NCBI GenBank assembly: GCA_951406725.2
Contig: OX597815.1
Coordinates: 141,918,001-141,982,000 of the forward strand
Direction of reading: 5' to 3'
DNA from: Octopus vulgaris
Lineage: Eukaryota
DNA: 64,000 bases
Shown here: piece after piece, positions 40,950 to 55,045 of the stretch
Layout of the letters: every line of letters begins with the position of its first letter
Numbering within the stretch: position 1 is the first letter of the stretch
Position numbers and translations under genes: made by a program
Notes under the pieces: model-generated
What the model was told of the DNA's origin: nothing
Databases searched by the model: none
The model's input: only the letters and a program-made list of their open reading frames with translations

Positions 40950-43579
40950 TGTCTCTCTAACTCTTAAGTTATGTATGTCTTTTCGGTACAATTTAACCGT
41001 ATGTATTTTCGTGCATTCCTTTATGCTTACTTTTTATACTGTCCTATACTTTTCACAAGTCTTCCTCTCATAATCTACCTCACTCTCTCTTCGTCAATGG
41101 AACTGGAAACTAATAATATTCTTTAATATGGATATTCCTTACCTCTTCCTCTCTGAAGACGGCTAGTTGGCTTTTATATGGAATTTTTAGTTCATTGAGA
41201 TAAGCACCAAATGCACTGATATCGTAGAATCATCTGTAGGACGATTTCCTTATTTATGGTAACTATTACGCCAGAAACGCCATTGTAGCTAATCTATAAT
41301 TATGTTTAAATCAAACTCCCGGTTCTAAAAGGATGACAGATCTTGATTATTATTAGGATAATCTCCTAAATTCTAGGTCTATTCCGGCCAACGCTGCCGA
41401 GGGCGCTATGCCATTTGTATGTGGGAAATATTCCAACAGCCCCGCTCAAATGATATTGGCATCAACTTTAAAATTCACCCAAATCCTGGTCCTCATGCCA
41501 CCAATCCTATGAAAATCATGCTCGCATTAATTTGCAATACGAAAACAGAACTGATTCAACTCAACGGATCCAGGTCGTTTTAACATCATGCAGCCCCACG
41601 ATTGGTCATCCAGCCATATTTCTGAGGCATCTGAAAAAGACAATATATGTGCAAATTTTAGCCAGTATAAAGGCAGGTAGATCAAAATTTCTGTTGAATT
41701 GAAGCCCTATTAAAGGCTGGAAAGTAAACACAGCTCATCAACATCTACCAGAGGTTTTTGTTCTGTTTTCACAGGAAGATATAAAATTAGCAGGTTAGAA
41801 TTGTTTTTGCATCATGTATTTATAAAGGGAGCGTTGGGGCACTTCTCAAACTCTCCCATACATAGCTGCCCCAACTCTTCCTATTTCCTTCATCATAACT
41901 TCATACACTATTGTGACTGTAATGTTAGTCAAACCGGTTTTTTTTAACGGTTAGTGTGATAGAGAACTGATATAGTTATATGACAGAATGCATTCAATTA
42001 GAATGCTACATACTACTACAGAAACATGAACATGCCTACCTTGAAGCCCAACTTTAATATTTTCATGTAAAAATTAATATTTTCAAAGCATAACTGTATA
42101 AACTGCCTACGCATATTAAATGTATTAGATCCGCAGAAACATTTCTAGAAGTGCTTCAAATAGGTAGCAGTAATTACATTTTATAATTTATACATTTAGG
42201 GAAAATTGTTGTCTCAACTCTCCTTGTGGCTCAACACTCCCAAGTTTCCCATACAAGTAAACCAATTTTACATCCTCGATTTTAATTTGCATTAACAAAA
42301 TAATTCATCGTTATTCCGAAAAGCATTTACCCTCCATTTTAGAATGAAATTTTTAGTCTTTGAACACTCTTCCTAAACTTGTTTTATATTCAATCAGTTA
42401 CCTTTCTTCAGCATTTGTTATTGCGTTAATATTTTTGGATAAATAAAAACAAATTACCTTATTTCTATTCAATTGCTTCCATGAACACGTATGTCAGTGA
42501 TACATATACAATATATAAACTTCAGAATAAGTGAACCTACATGCTCAAATATCTGTGCTGCAACATAGAACATGTAAATCTAGAATTACAAATAGTTATT
42601 TAGAAGGTTAATTCTCTATCGATTTTCCCTTAACAAACTACTTTATTTTTTGCATAATTCTCAATACACTGTTGACAATTTGTGTTGTGCTGTTCGCGAT
42701 GAAAATGAAACTGTACGTATCAAATTATTGCTAGTTTACTCCATCAGTTAGAATGAAACTGTTGTAATATCAGTAGAATTGTCAGTTATTCTCCTCTTTA
42801 AATAAGATCGAGTGACCTTCGAAAGTTATATTTCCTCGGCAAATCGATACACAGACACACAGCGTTTATTGAAAACAAAGTGATGAATGAAACGGCTATA
42901 ATTATCATTGCTAACAATTATTATTAACGATTCTTTACAATGGTAACAATCAAGAGAAATATCTAACATTATCAATTAGTCGCTATTGATGAAGGCAAAA
43001 AACATTGTCCTGGAAATGAATACAAATAAAATACTGTAATATATGGAACTACCATAACAACGCAAAATCAAGTGCAGTAGAAGGTTTCGGTAGATCTGTT
43101 TAGTAGCTTTCCACTGATTGGAAACATAATGTTGCTCTCTATAATATAATAGGGCAATTTGGTTTAGTTAACGCATAAATTTTACCGCTACTTAGTGATT
43201 CGTTATGTTTCATAGTTTACAAATTTCCCTTTTACATGTTGAACATACTTTAATTTTCTGTATGATATTCATGGTTGTTTAATGGTGTTAAGAGTTGTTG
43301 CCATCATGAACCTTAAAATCTTCTAGTACCAACACAATCCTCAGTAAATATATACACTGTGAAATGTTTTACTGTCAAAAAAATATCTTCTCTTTTCTTA
43401 TATAAATGAGTCCATTGTGCATTGCATTATTTCTTTATATTCGGCAGTAATCAGTTAGTTCGAAGTGGTTTTACTCTTGCGGCAAAGAGATCACTGCACC
43501 ATATATGAGTCAAGATTTCCTTCCATAAACTGAGTATGACCGTTCTTCCATTAAACTAAAATCATTTTATTTATTCCAG

Positions 43580-43619
43580 AACAATGAATCTGAAAACTCA
43601 AACTATAAAAGAGCTGTCG
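43580..43619 (+). CDS. Short-chain collagen C4/NC1-like protein, coding exon 2 (40 nt)
   Basis: ttttatttattccAG acceptor, GTAAGT donor at 43620. Phase 0 in, phase 1 out. Encodes NNESENSNYKRAV and bridges exons 1 and 3 in frame. Confidence 0.7.
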
Positions 43620-44426
43620 GTAAGTTTAAATGCGTTCAGTAATATTGATGGTTTGATTATATAATGTATTTTCTAACTTCTTGCTGAATAAGAATGCAGC
43701 AGTTAATGACGGTTTCAAAATATAAACTTTTTCTGAATTACAGGAGTACGACATGATTCATATATGAAGATTATATGAAGATCAAATGTATTTCTGTTGA
43801 AAACCAGAAAATATGTTGCTCTAGAATTTACAAAATCACATGTTAAATAAATGCAATTTTTAATGCTTTTAACGGACCTGGATATCCAAATGCAAACTTC
43901 TGTTCATCATTCGATATTTGTATATACCATAAATGCGTATAATGCAATGTTGCATATCAGCAATAATTTGGTATAAACATAAATACTTTTTTTCTGGCTA
44001 TATAATACAGAAAATAGAATATTTTTATGTTTCGCAATATAACAACCAAGAATTAACTAACACGAGGGAAGTTAAGTTTTCTAACATAGACATCGATATT
44101 TGTTCTTAGTTGCATAAAAACTTATCTATGTATCTTCGTGGAATGACTTCTGATACAGAATATAAAATCTTGGATGAAAGATTATTGTAAATTGTTCATT
44201 CACAAACACATACATACACAAGAGTACATACTAATGTCTTTCTAAATTACGAACGATTTAAGCATCTACCTGAAATATCATTCTTCAAGGGCCAGACTAA
44301 AGAATCTATATTTAATGACGATATGCAACTTTCAGTTGCCAATCTTTCATGACTTCCTTAATATATACACTATATACATACGCACTATATACATATACAT
44401 ACACATATGTGTGTGCATGTGTGTGA

Positions 44427-44459
<33 letters not shown>

Positions 44460-44843
44460 AGTGAATATATTATATATATTTGCATATATATATATGTATA
44501 TATATATATACTGACATATAAGTGAATATATTATATATATGCATACTATATATATACAAACGCAAGCACGTACACACACACACGCATATATTTGTGTATA
44601 TGCACGTGAAGCATTCATAATATTCTTGGAAGAAGAAAACAAATTTCGATGTTCATTTTGACAGACTTTCTAAGATTTGCTCTACGAACAACAGTCGATA
44701 ATGGAGAGAAACCATCGTAGAGGTACAGCAACGTATTCTTGGTGACAAGTTCTTAAACTTGTATTGTTTTTCTGTTTAATTTGAATCTATGATGAAAATA
44801 TTTACATTAAAATTCAAATAATCAAGAATGAAACAAAACACTG

Positions 44844-44904
<61 letters not shown>

Positions 44905-45081
44905 AAACACACACAGACGGGCACACATACCTATGCATGCATATATTCATATATGTATGTATATATAGTTATACTTCTAAAGCATTTAGTCCCCTAATGC
45001 TCTACATAGAATGATGTGTAATGTAGAATAAAGTGAAAATTTCATGCCCTTCCGAAACAAATTCGTGTAAACTACTACGCA

Positions 45082-45140
<59 letters not shown>

Positions 45141-45237
45141 GTATAGATAAGTACATATATGTTTCCTGTAAAGTACATATCATTTCCTGTAAAGAGACAG
45201 AGACTGAGGGTCAGATAAACCGAAAGGCTAAGATACT

Positions 45238-45640
45238 GTATTTCTTTTCTACTCTCGGGACAAGGCCCGAAATTTTTGGGGATGGGCCAGTCGATTAGAT
45301 CGACCGCAGTACGCAACTATTATTTAATTAACGACCTCGAAAGGGTGAAAGGCCAAGTTGATCTCGTCGGAATTTGAACTCAGAACATAAAGACAAGCTA
45401 AATACCTATTTATTTACTACCCACAAGGGACTAAACACAGAGAGGAAAAACAAGGACGGACAAACAGATTAAGTCGATAATAACGACCCCAGTGCTTAAT
45501 TGGTAATTAATTTATCGACCCCGAAAGGATGAAAGGCAAAGTCAACCTCGGCGGAATTTGAACTCAGAACGTAACGGCAGACGAAATACAGCTACGCATT
45601 TCGTCCGGCGTGCTAACGTTTCTGCCAGCTCGCCGCCTTA
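45238..45640 (-). mobile_element. Dimeric SINE with 10-bp TSD
   Basis: Two related monomers, both containing cggaatttgaactcagaac. TSD CTAAGATACT at 45228-45237 and 45641-45650. Confidence 0.85.
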
Positions 45641-45743
45641 CTAAGATACTATTATTAAGAGAAAGAGCAGCGCATGCCTTCAAAGTGACACTGGCGTACA
45701 AAAATGCAAACACAATATACCGTCATGACTAAACGTCTGATAC

Positions 45744-45776
<33 letters not shown>

Positions 45777-45949
45777 CATTATTAAGTCGGAACATAGGTT
45801 CCTCGCGTTAGGTCATACGTTTTGAGCTCCATAATTCTTTGGTTTTCTTGTAACAAATAGTTGAACTCTTGTTTTTATTGTTCAATTCGTGCTATAAGGC
45901 AGCTTCTCTCCTAGGGAGCTAATTTTTGTTTAAAAGAAATAAGTCCCCT

Positions 45950-46960
45950 TTTGGGGGCTAGATAGGCGAATTATATCGAGGAATTTCTTCGAAAGTTTTA
46001 CCAAAAATAATAGCGACCGAGCGATAGAGTGAGGATTGGATGTTGAACAGCAAGCTTAACGAAGACTTCCCTGCCCTCACCACTACTATTGTTCCTACAC
46101 AGGAACAAGGAGAAAAAAAGGAAGAGAAAAAAGAAGAAAAGAAGAAAGAGAAAAAGAAAGAAACAAACAAACAAGAGAGGAAAATGAAGAGAAGAAAATA
46201 AAGATTTCTTCGTACGCCAGTGAAGCAGGTCGAAGAAGGTTCGCTTCAGCCTGCAACCACTTGGAAAATACCGAATTACATAATGACTGTTGGAGAAAGC
46301 GAAAGGTCTCTTGAAGAAGGAAGAGAGAATTATCACCCTGCATACGCCTATTGGAATTGAGCAAGAATACCAGAGGAAGGCAATTGGAAAATACTGGACT
46401 ACCATAAAAAAAACTATATACAAAAAACTACCGACGGTGTGACCTGTGATACCTATACGTAATTGTTTTTTTTACCTCTGGTTGCGCTCAGAATTGACAG
46501 TGCGAATGCGCGGTGACTGAGAGGTCGCTGAAAACAAAATTACCTCCTCAGCGACCTCATATCCCTACGATTGGATGTAGTGGCGAGACTCGCCGAAGCA
46601 CCGGTTCTCGCTCCTTTCCTCAATAGCTACGTCACATACTTATCTCCAAACCGGTCATGAGAGGGAGACGGTGTTGCCGTGTTGTTTCGGAGAGGCTTGG
46701 ACCTCGCAATACAAGCCATCTTCATAGACCCGCAGGGTAGGTGTGCGATACTGGGCTACACTTTCAGATTAATAGCGGCCTACGCTCGAGTGGAAAGGGG
46801 CGGTCAGAGTTCTTCAGGCGTGTAGAGACCTTTGTAAGGATGTTCTGCTCCTTAGTGTTAGTAGATAACTGGAACGGTATCTAAGACGAACTAATGGACT
46901 ATATGGGAATAACTAGTGAGAAAGACGGGTGCAAAAGCCTCTAAAACCTGCTCAGTGTTT
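45950..46960 (+). mobile_element. Tx1/L1-clade LINE relic (ORF1 remnant + APE endonuclease)
   Basis: From ~46484: LRIDSANAR*LRG..YLLSDLISLRLDVVA...GVAVLFRRGLDLAIQAIFIDPQGR...FRLIAAYA...LVLVDNWN, the Tx1-type APE motif order. Confidence 0.7.
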
Positions 46961-48126
46961 CCACTCCTAATATTAAAGCACAATTCTTCAAACTGCTTAA
47001 TAAACATAACGAGGCATTAAGCACATGCAACCGCCGCTTTTATCACACACTTAAATTCTATCACAAATCCAAATGTCAAAATGACCATAAAGTACATTTC
47101 TGTATAAATTCCTAGGTAATCCCAATAACCAATAAATTTACACTCTAACTTATAACCCATATCTAGTTTCCCACATGTGCAACCATCTCATTATATTCGT
47201 TTACATATATACACGTACACACCCATACGCACGTGTATACGTACGAGTGAGGGTATGCATGTATGAATACATGAATACATGTGGGCATATGTAAACATTT
47301 ATGCACATGCAAAGTTTAGATAACTGCACATGTAGGAACGTTGATACACGAGGATTGTATTTGTAAGATATACATGTATATACATCTTCACATAAATATT
47401 TTCTCAGAATAACTAACACAAGTATTTCATATATCCTTAATTCTTCAAATATTTGCCTCATAATTAAAAGCTACTACTACACTTAGTACTTCCTCTACCT
47501 CTTAACCCCCCCCCCCTTTCCTCTATCATTTATACTATAATACCTTTCTCTCTCTATCCCCACTCCTATTTTCAAACTACCTCCACTGACCACTGACCAA
47601 CCTATGTCTTAATTTTTCTTTTTTCTATTCATTATTCTCTTTATTCATACCTTCATGGGTTTTATTCTTATTTTTTTTTAATAATCTTCTTTCTTCTTTC
47701 TCTATAATTCTTTCTTTCTCTCCTCCTTTTAGCTCCTTTTTTTTCTTTTTTTCTTTTTTTCTTTTGTCATTCCTCTCTTCCTGTTTTCAATTTGACCAAA
47801 CTAATACACTCCTTATTTCTAGGTCAGTTTAAACAAACCTTGAATCTGCTACATTCTATATAAATTCTCTACTGAGAAGGACCAACTTTAAGAGGTTCTT
47901 ACATTGCTTATAAACTTTACATTTGGATGGACTCATATTAAACTCTGTTGGACTTTTGGATTTTACTCAAAGGATATTGGAATAATACACATATATAACA
48001 TTACGCCTATAAAACGGATTTATGAACTCAATAACCATACATATATTACATCTATTTTCTTTCCTCCACCTCACTCTCTATTTATATCACATCGAAACTA
48101 ACTATGACAACTTTTCCTCTCACACC

Positions 48127-48180
48127 GTCTCCGATGAAGGGATATTATTATTAATTAATATTCTAGAAACAGTTGTAAGA
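48127..48180 (+). ncRNA. Hammerhead-like motif, sense orientation in intron 2
   Basis: tct CCGATGA A GGGATATTA ttattaat TAATATTCT A GAAAC AGTT GTA aga, inside a PLE-type terminal repeat (~46970-48330). Confidence 0.65.
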
Positions 48181-48407
48181 ACATCTATCTACAAATGCTC
48201 TAATATCTATACCGCCTTGTTTCTTTTTTTATCTCATGACACAAAAAATTCATATATACACACGCTGACATAGAACCAACGTTTAAGCCTTTATTCGCTA
48301 TATTACCGAATCTGGAACTTAACTATGGTCTGTCTATAGCACTTATCTAGCATTACCTGACACCTTTGGGTCTCAATGACATCATTATCTCTTATATATA
48401 TATATAT

Positions 48408-49369
<962 letters not shown>

Positions 49370-49379
49370 TGCTTACCTA

Positions 49380-49474
<95 letters not shown>

Positions 49475-49477
<3 letters not shown>

Positions 49478-49697
49478 TAGGTAAGCAATTTCCGGGCACA
49501 GCAGCTCATGATTAGAATCCTAGAGCCATGGACAGGCACCATAACTCACCCTCAATTCCATTTCAGACTGATGGACATCGATGTTTTGCCTTTATTTCTG
49601 TGACTTATCAATACCACATACCGGCCTGGTCGAAGGCCAGTCAGCTAGTAACTTGTAAAATCATTCGCTGTTATGCCCGGAAATTGCTTACCTAATA
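49475..49697. mobile_element. 223-bp MITE, copy 1
   Basis: Perfect 24-bp TIR tattaggtaagcaatttccgggca / tgcccggaaattgcttacctaata. Confidence 0.9.
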
Positions 49698-49711
49698 TAT
49701 ATATATATATG

Positions 49712-49928
49712 TATTAGGTAAGCAATTTCCGGGCACAGCAGCTCATTATTAGAATCTTAGAGCCATGGACAGGCACCATAACTCACCCTCAATTCCATTT
49801 CAGACTGATGGACATCGATGTTTTGCCTTTATTTCTGTGACTTATCAATACCACATACCCGCCTGGTCGAAGGCCAGTCAGCTAGTCACTTGTAAAATCA
49901 TTCGCTGTTATGCTCGGAAATTGCATAC

Positions 49929-49934
<6 letters not shown>
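49712..49934. mobile_element. 223-bp MITE, copy 2 (tandem)
   Basis: Near-identical to copy 1 and separated from it by 14 bp of TA repeat. Confidence 0.9.
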
Positions 49935-49987
<53 letters not shown>

Positions 49988-50164
49988 GCATACACACATA
50001 CACACACATACACACACAGATATATATTTATAACTCTTCGTGAGAATTATATGTCGAAGCAAAAGAAGCTATAAACATTAATGTATAAATATATATAATG
50101 TAATTTATAATATTCTTAACTGTGCTTTTATATTTTGACTCAATTTATGTACTCTGTCTTGCAG

Positions 50165-50242
50165 AGAGAACGGCACATTCATTATACACACATTGGGGCA
50201 GGAAGTCCTGTAGTGCAAAGTTCTCGTCTACAATTTATTCAG
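50165..50242 (+). CDS. Short-chain collagen C4/NC1-like protein, coding exon 3
   Basis: ctctgtcttgcAG acceptor, GTATAA donor, phase 1-1. Encodes (E)RTAHSLYTHWGRKSCSAKFSSTIYS(G), the family Y..WGRK.C....YSG motif. Confidence 0.88.
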
Positions 50243-50442
50243 GTATAAATTACCATATATCAATTTATGTGGGGTTTTTTTCATATTCAAACACCTTACA
50301 TATTGAATAGTAACTTGTTAATGTTATTAGGTCTGATAAAATCGATCACATATATCTGTCATAATTATATTCAAAACATGATAGTGTTACGATTTTAAAT
50401 GATTAATTCGAACTATTTTAAAAATTGCAATATTACGTATTC

Positions 50443-50602
50443 ATTGGGAGGTGCTGAAAAGTTCCCCGCATTGGGTAAAACAAACTACGAAAGGATCAGT
50501 TAATTATGATTTTATTCAACATATTCACCTCTTAGATTCACTCACTTATTGCAGCAGTCCTTCAGTTTTTCTAAGCCAGGAACTTTTCAGCACTACCGCG
50601 TA
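50443..50602. mobile_element. Mariner-type MITE (deleted) in intron 3
   Basis: ggtgctgaaaagttcc / ggaacttttcagcact TIR cores; homologous to 40737-40949. Confidence 0.8.
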
Positions 50603-50687
50603 TGTTCGGATTTTTTAAAGTATTGTTTCTCTCTTAGTTGTTTCATTTAATGATTCCTTCTCTTATTTCTTCTTACTGATCCTCCAG

Positions 50688-51223
50688 GCGTTGCTGCAGG
50701 AAGTCTCTATAGTGACACAGGTGGTGGAAGCAATATTCTTTGTCTACCTATGGACCCTCAATGGAGCAATTTCACGGGAGATGTAGAAACAGGATCACAC
50801 ATATATGGAAGTGAATACGAAGTGTCAGACTACAAAAATAATCCTAAATTCGGTCTCTTCTTGGAGACAAATGCTCGCACGTTACATGATCATAACATTC
50901 CTTGTGCTGTGTGCCAAACAAATGGTCCGGCAGCTGTAATGATGCTTCCAGGTAGAAATGAATGTTATACTGGTTGGTACCTCGAATATTCTGGTTACCT
51001 TATGACATCTCACTGGAAACATAATGGCAGAACTTCATATTTGTGCATCGACAAAGAACCTGAAGCTGACAGATGTGGTTACCGAGACGAAAATGGAGCT
51101 CTTTTTTATCATGTACAGGCACAATGCGGGTCACTTCCGTGCCCACCGTATAGGAATAATGAGGAATTAACATGCTCGGTGTGTAGTAACTATGGAATAA
51201 GTGACAGAGGGGAACTTTCTTGA
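50688..51223 (+). CDS. Short-chain collagen C4/NC1-like protein, terminal coding exon
   Basis: Pyrimidine tract + cAG at 50686-87. Encodes (G)VAAGSLYSDTGGGSNILCLPMDPQW...IYGSEYE...HDHNIPCAVC...MMLPGRNECYTGWYLEYSGYLM...YLCID...GALFYHVQAQCGSLPCPPY...ELTCSVCS, the diagnostic spongin short-chain collagen C-terminal domain. Stop TGA ends at 51223. Confidence 0.93.
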
Positions 51224-51406
51224 ACGCCTTCCATCAATTCAAATTTGAATCCATAGCATCTTACTATTAAGGAAGAGGATAGATATTACAAGCCACGTTA
51301 GACGCATGAACGCCGCTTTTGCATTTGATAATTTTTAGAGTATATAAATGTTTAAGTATTTTTTTTTATTGAACACTGATATATTACACCAATTAAAGAA
51401 ACGAAG

Positions 51407-51448
51407 AATAAACTAATGAAGAAAATCGCTGAACTTTTAGGAAATAAA
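51407..51448 (+). terminator. Candidate polyadenylation signals
   Basis: AATAAA at 51407-51412 and 51443-51448, about 185-225 nt after the stop codon. Confidence 0.55.
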
Positions 51449-51534
51449 ATAGAAACTCAATTAGATACTTGATAAACCGAAATACAAAAGGGTGTTATTT
51501 TTGCCGCACGATGTGTGTGTATATATAATATATA

Positions 51535-51651
<117 letters not shown>

Positions 51652-51656
51652 GTATA

Positions 51657-51739
<83 letters not shown>

Positions 51740-51747
<8 letters not shown>

Positions 51748-52190
51748 TAGTAAAAAGTGAAAAAAACTACAGAAGGCTTGTTTTAAAAGGTTAAAAAATA
51801 TATATTTGAGTCAATATGTCTGAAGAATGTTATAAATTTTTTTCATACAATGACATAGTATAGAAGAAATGACCGGTTTCGCGTTGAACTTTTCAAATTT
51901 CTTAAAACGTTATGTTTACGTTGAGCGGTGATCTAGATAATAAGTTATTTCTTCCGGTGTAAGGGAGATAATCGCTTAAAATTATTTGCCTTTCTTTTGG
52001 ATTGAGTTTCTCTGTATAAGTATGTTGGAATGGTTAAGTTTGGGCTTGTATTTTTCAATGAAGAATGTTTCCTTATTTAGTCTAATTTGTGTCGATGTTC
52101 CGATAGCACATTGGTAGAATGGAAAGATTAGAAATTGTGGTAGTAGTTGCTTTGCGCATTTCTCAATGTGCTCACTAAAGGATATCATTA
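51740..52190 (-). mobile_element. PLE 3' end (GIY-YIG C-terminus + terminal repeat with hammerhead relic)
   Basis: ORF SEHIEKCAKQLLPQFLIFPFYQC...RLNKETFFIEKYKPKLN parallels 757-984. Hammerhead relic gaaat TTGAAAA GTTCAACGC GAAACCGGTC atttc at 51866-51901. Confidence 0.8.
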
Positions 52191-53706
52191 TATATATATA
52201 TATATAAGCAAAAAATAAGCAACAAGAATGGATCCGGTATTTTAGTACAATTGTTTCATTCTATAACAATTTATTAAAGCTGCAAATATAATATTTCAAG
52301 TAATCTTTAGCTAATATCTTATAGGTTTTTCAATAATGTAAAGTTCTCAAATCAATTAGTAACATCTTAGTTGAAGTAGATACTTAAGTGCAGGCAGCAG
52401 ATCAGTCTTGTACTATCCGCACAGCTGGAAATAAGGTGAATAAAATGCAAACAAGCAACGAGGATGTCGAGGCATTAGTGCATTACGGCCGTTTCAGAGG
52501 GCTCCACTAACTCAAACAATGCAAGCATTACATCAAACCTATGCATAAATCCGCATAGGTTTTTAACATACAAGACACTCCATTATAATTTTTAGTAAAT
52601 ATTTCATCAGAACTAGAGAATAAAAAAATTACATGCTTGCTGCTATTATTTTAGTAGAATGAACTTAGAGAAAAATACTCGTTATATTGTGGAATGACAT
52701 AAGAGAATAACAGTAAAGGTCATGAGATTACAATATAGCTGCAGAGTACAATATAGCTATAACCATCAAACGATCTTATGTAGTAAGTATTCTAAGTCCA
52801 CTAAGAATTAATCACCTGAGAATTGATATTTAAGTTCTAGCTGCTGATATTAAATTTATTACCGTCAGATACTCTCCCAAACTCCTAATTTACTCCGGCA
52901 ATAAACTCGCTATGACCACATAAAGACACAAATCTCAGAAGAAGTCAGAAAAGAGTGGTACATGCCTAGAAAGAGGAAGGGTATTGGTGGCATAAACTAT
53001 TTTATTATTATCAGCTAAAGGTGCCTAATATAGAGAGGAAAGGACATCACAATTAGATCTAAATGGGCATTAAGGAGACATAGGGAAAGAAATATAGCCA
53101 GAATTTAGCAAAATGTATATATTATTATATTTTGTATAATAAAATGTAACATTTTGAATTTATAAAAAGATATAAGGACCGAGTAAGATAAGATGGATAT
53201 ATAAATCAATTTAAGCCACAAAAAGTAGAATACTTTTATATAAAGTAGAAGTTTCATAATACATAATCTTAGCAAACTTTAAGCTCCTCATGATAAAATC
53301 ATTCAAATAATGTACCCAAATTAAATTCAGACTTCATCCGTTTCATTCAACATCCTTAAACAAACCTTATTCAGGGACCTTTTGAGCGGGATGGGTTACT
53401 CGACCAGATGTATTCAGTAGAGATTTAATAAGGCCCTTAAGCTTTCCTAAGTGGTGTTCCTTGAATTTTATATCAGATATTGACACGAATAAACCTTTTT
53501 CAATGTTTTCCAGTAGTAGGCTAGGTGGAGGATTTTTCTGCTTTTCAGTATCTTATAATAATTTTTATCATATGCTTCTAGGTCTTTTTTCTTCATCTTT
53601 ACTTCATGATGGTAAGCTATCCACCACATCCTCCTAACAAACTTATTAGAATATCATTTACATTATTTACATTTGATGGATAATTGTCCTCATCCTGTTT
53701 GCTGTT

Positions 53707-53752
53707 AACACAAAGTTTCGGCTGATATACCTTCCAGCCTTCATCGGGTGTC
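53707..53752 (-). ncRNA. Minimal hammerhead-like motif
   Basis: GACAC CCGATGA A GGCTG gaaggtatat CAGCC GAAAC TTT GTGTT: stems I and II pair, stem III minimal or decayed. Confidence 0.6.
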
Positions 53753-54100
53753 TTGGGGAAATTTCTGACCTGGGTTCTCATTCCTATGTTCTCATAATGT
53801 ACATAATTCCTCATCTCTTAAATATAGAAATGTAGAAACTATGGATTATTAGCCACATGTTCGTATCCTTAGTATCAATGGGAATATCTTTAAGGGAAAA
53901 TTCTATACTTACCTTTTCAATCCGGTTAAATTGAAGTAACAGAAGCATCGTATAATTATGGTTGACTAGTTAGGAAATAATTAAGATTCGGTTGAATTAA
54001 GTACTTAAATTGAGGCAGCAAGTCAGTCCGGTACTATCCTCACAGCTGGAAGTATAGTGAATAAAATCCAAATAGGCAACAATAATGTCGTGGTATTAGA

Positions 54101-54186
54101 GGATTACGGTTGTTTCAGGAGGCTCCATTTAATCGAACAATGCAAGCATTACATCAGTTTGAAATACACCGCCTTCTTCAGATGCA
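54101..54186 (-). ncRNA. Hammerhead-like motif with extended stem II
   Basis: tgcat CTGAAGA AGGC...GCCTCCT GAAAC AACC GTA atcc. The paralogous copy at 52479-52495 reads GAAAC GGCC GTA ATGCA. Confidence 0.6.
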
Positions 54187-54449
54187 TAAGAGCACATAGG
54201 ATTTACACATACAGGATACTCCATTTTAATCTTTAGTAAACGTTTCATCAGAACTAGAGAATAAAAGAATTACATGCTTGCTGCTATTATTTTCGTAGAT
54301 GAACTTAGGAAAGAAAACACCAGCTATAATTTGGAGTGGTAGAAGATAATAACAATAGGGGTCATGAAACAGGAATATAGCTGCAGGTTTTATTTCTCTC
54401 CTTATCATCGTCAAAAGATCTGATGCAGCTAGTATACTAGTCATGGGAT

Positions 54450-55045
54450 ATCGAGAAACTAGAAAAATTCAGCAACGCATTCTCACTCTACTTAGAAAAT
54501 AGTATCTGGGTGACTGTTTCATTCTTTGGCATTAAAGCATAGAGAGATTGAAAGATGTTCAAGCACTTATAACCATCAACAACTTCCATTCCTCGACATC
54601 CTCATTAAGAAATTGAACAACGAAATGGAAACAAATATATACTATAAGCTCACGCACTCCAAGCATTAAATTCTGTTTAACGCATGCCACCCCAGACACA
54701 CTAGAATGAGTATCACTTTTAACCTAGCAAAAAAGCATTTGTAATATAATTTCTAATACAAGCACCAGGAACAAACAACTACATGTACTAAAGGATACAC
54801 TCATTAACAGGAACTACGCACCATTACTAATTGATATATGCTTTCAACGTGCCCTACAACTCAACATCCACCAACTCAGGAATCCAAATTAAAGAAGGAC
54901 TTACAACCAAAATCCCTATCATACGTCACCACGCACAGCCCTCTTAACAATGAAGCATTCAACACCATCCTCCAGAATATTCCCCTACTAAAAAGGGACC
55001 AGAGAAAACACTTAATCTTGCAAACGCACACCAAACTGGTATCAT
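54450..55045 (+). mobile_element. Decayed PLE RT/thumb fragment
   Basis: Decayed RYLDD-like region (tatctgggtgactgtttcattctttgg); LSYVTTHSPLNNEAFNTI parallels the 38910-38965 fragment. Confidence 0.6.

Larger units (their letters stand above)
52370..54445 (-). repeat. Diverged ~430-bp direct repeats (52370-52800 and 53990-54445), PLE pseudo-LTR-like
   Basis: Shared blocks gtactatcc.cacagctggaa, aacaatgcaagcattacatca, tttcatcagaactagagaataaaa, ttacatgcttgctgctattatttt; each copy carries hammerhead parts. Confidence 0.8.
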
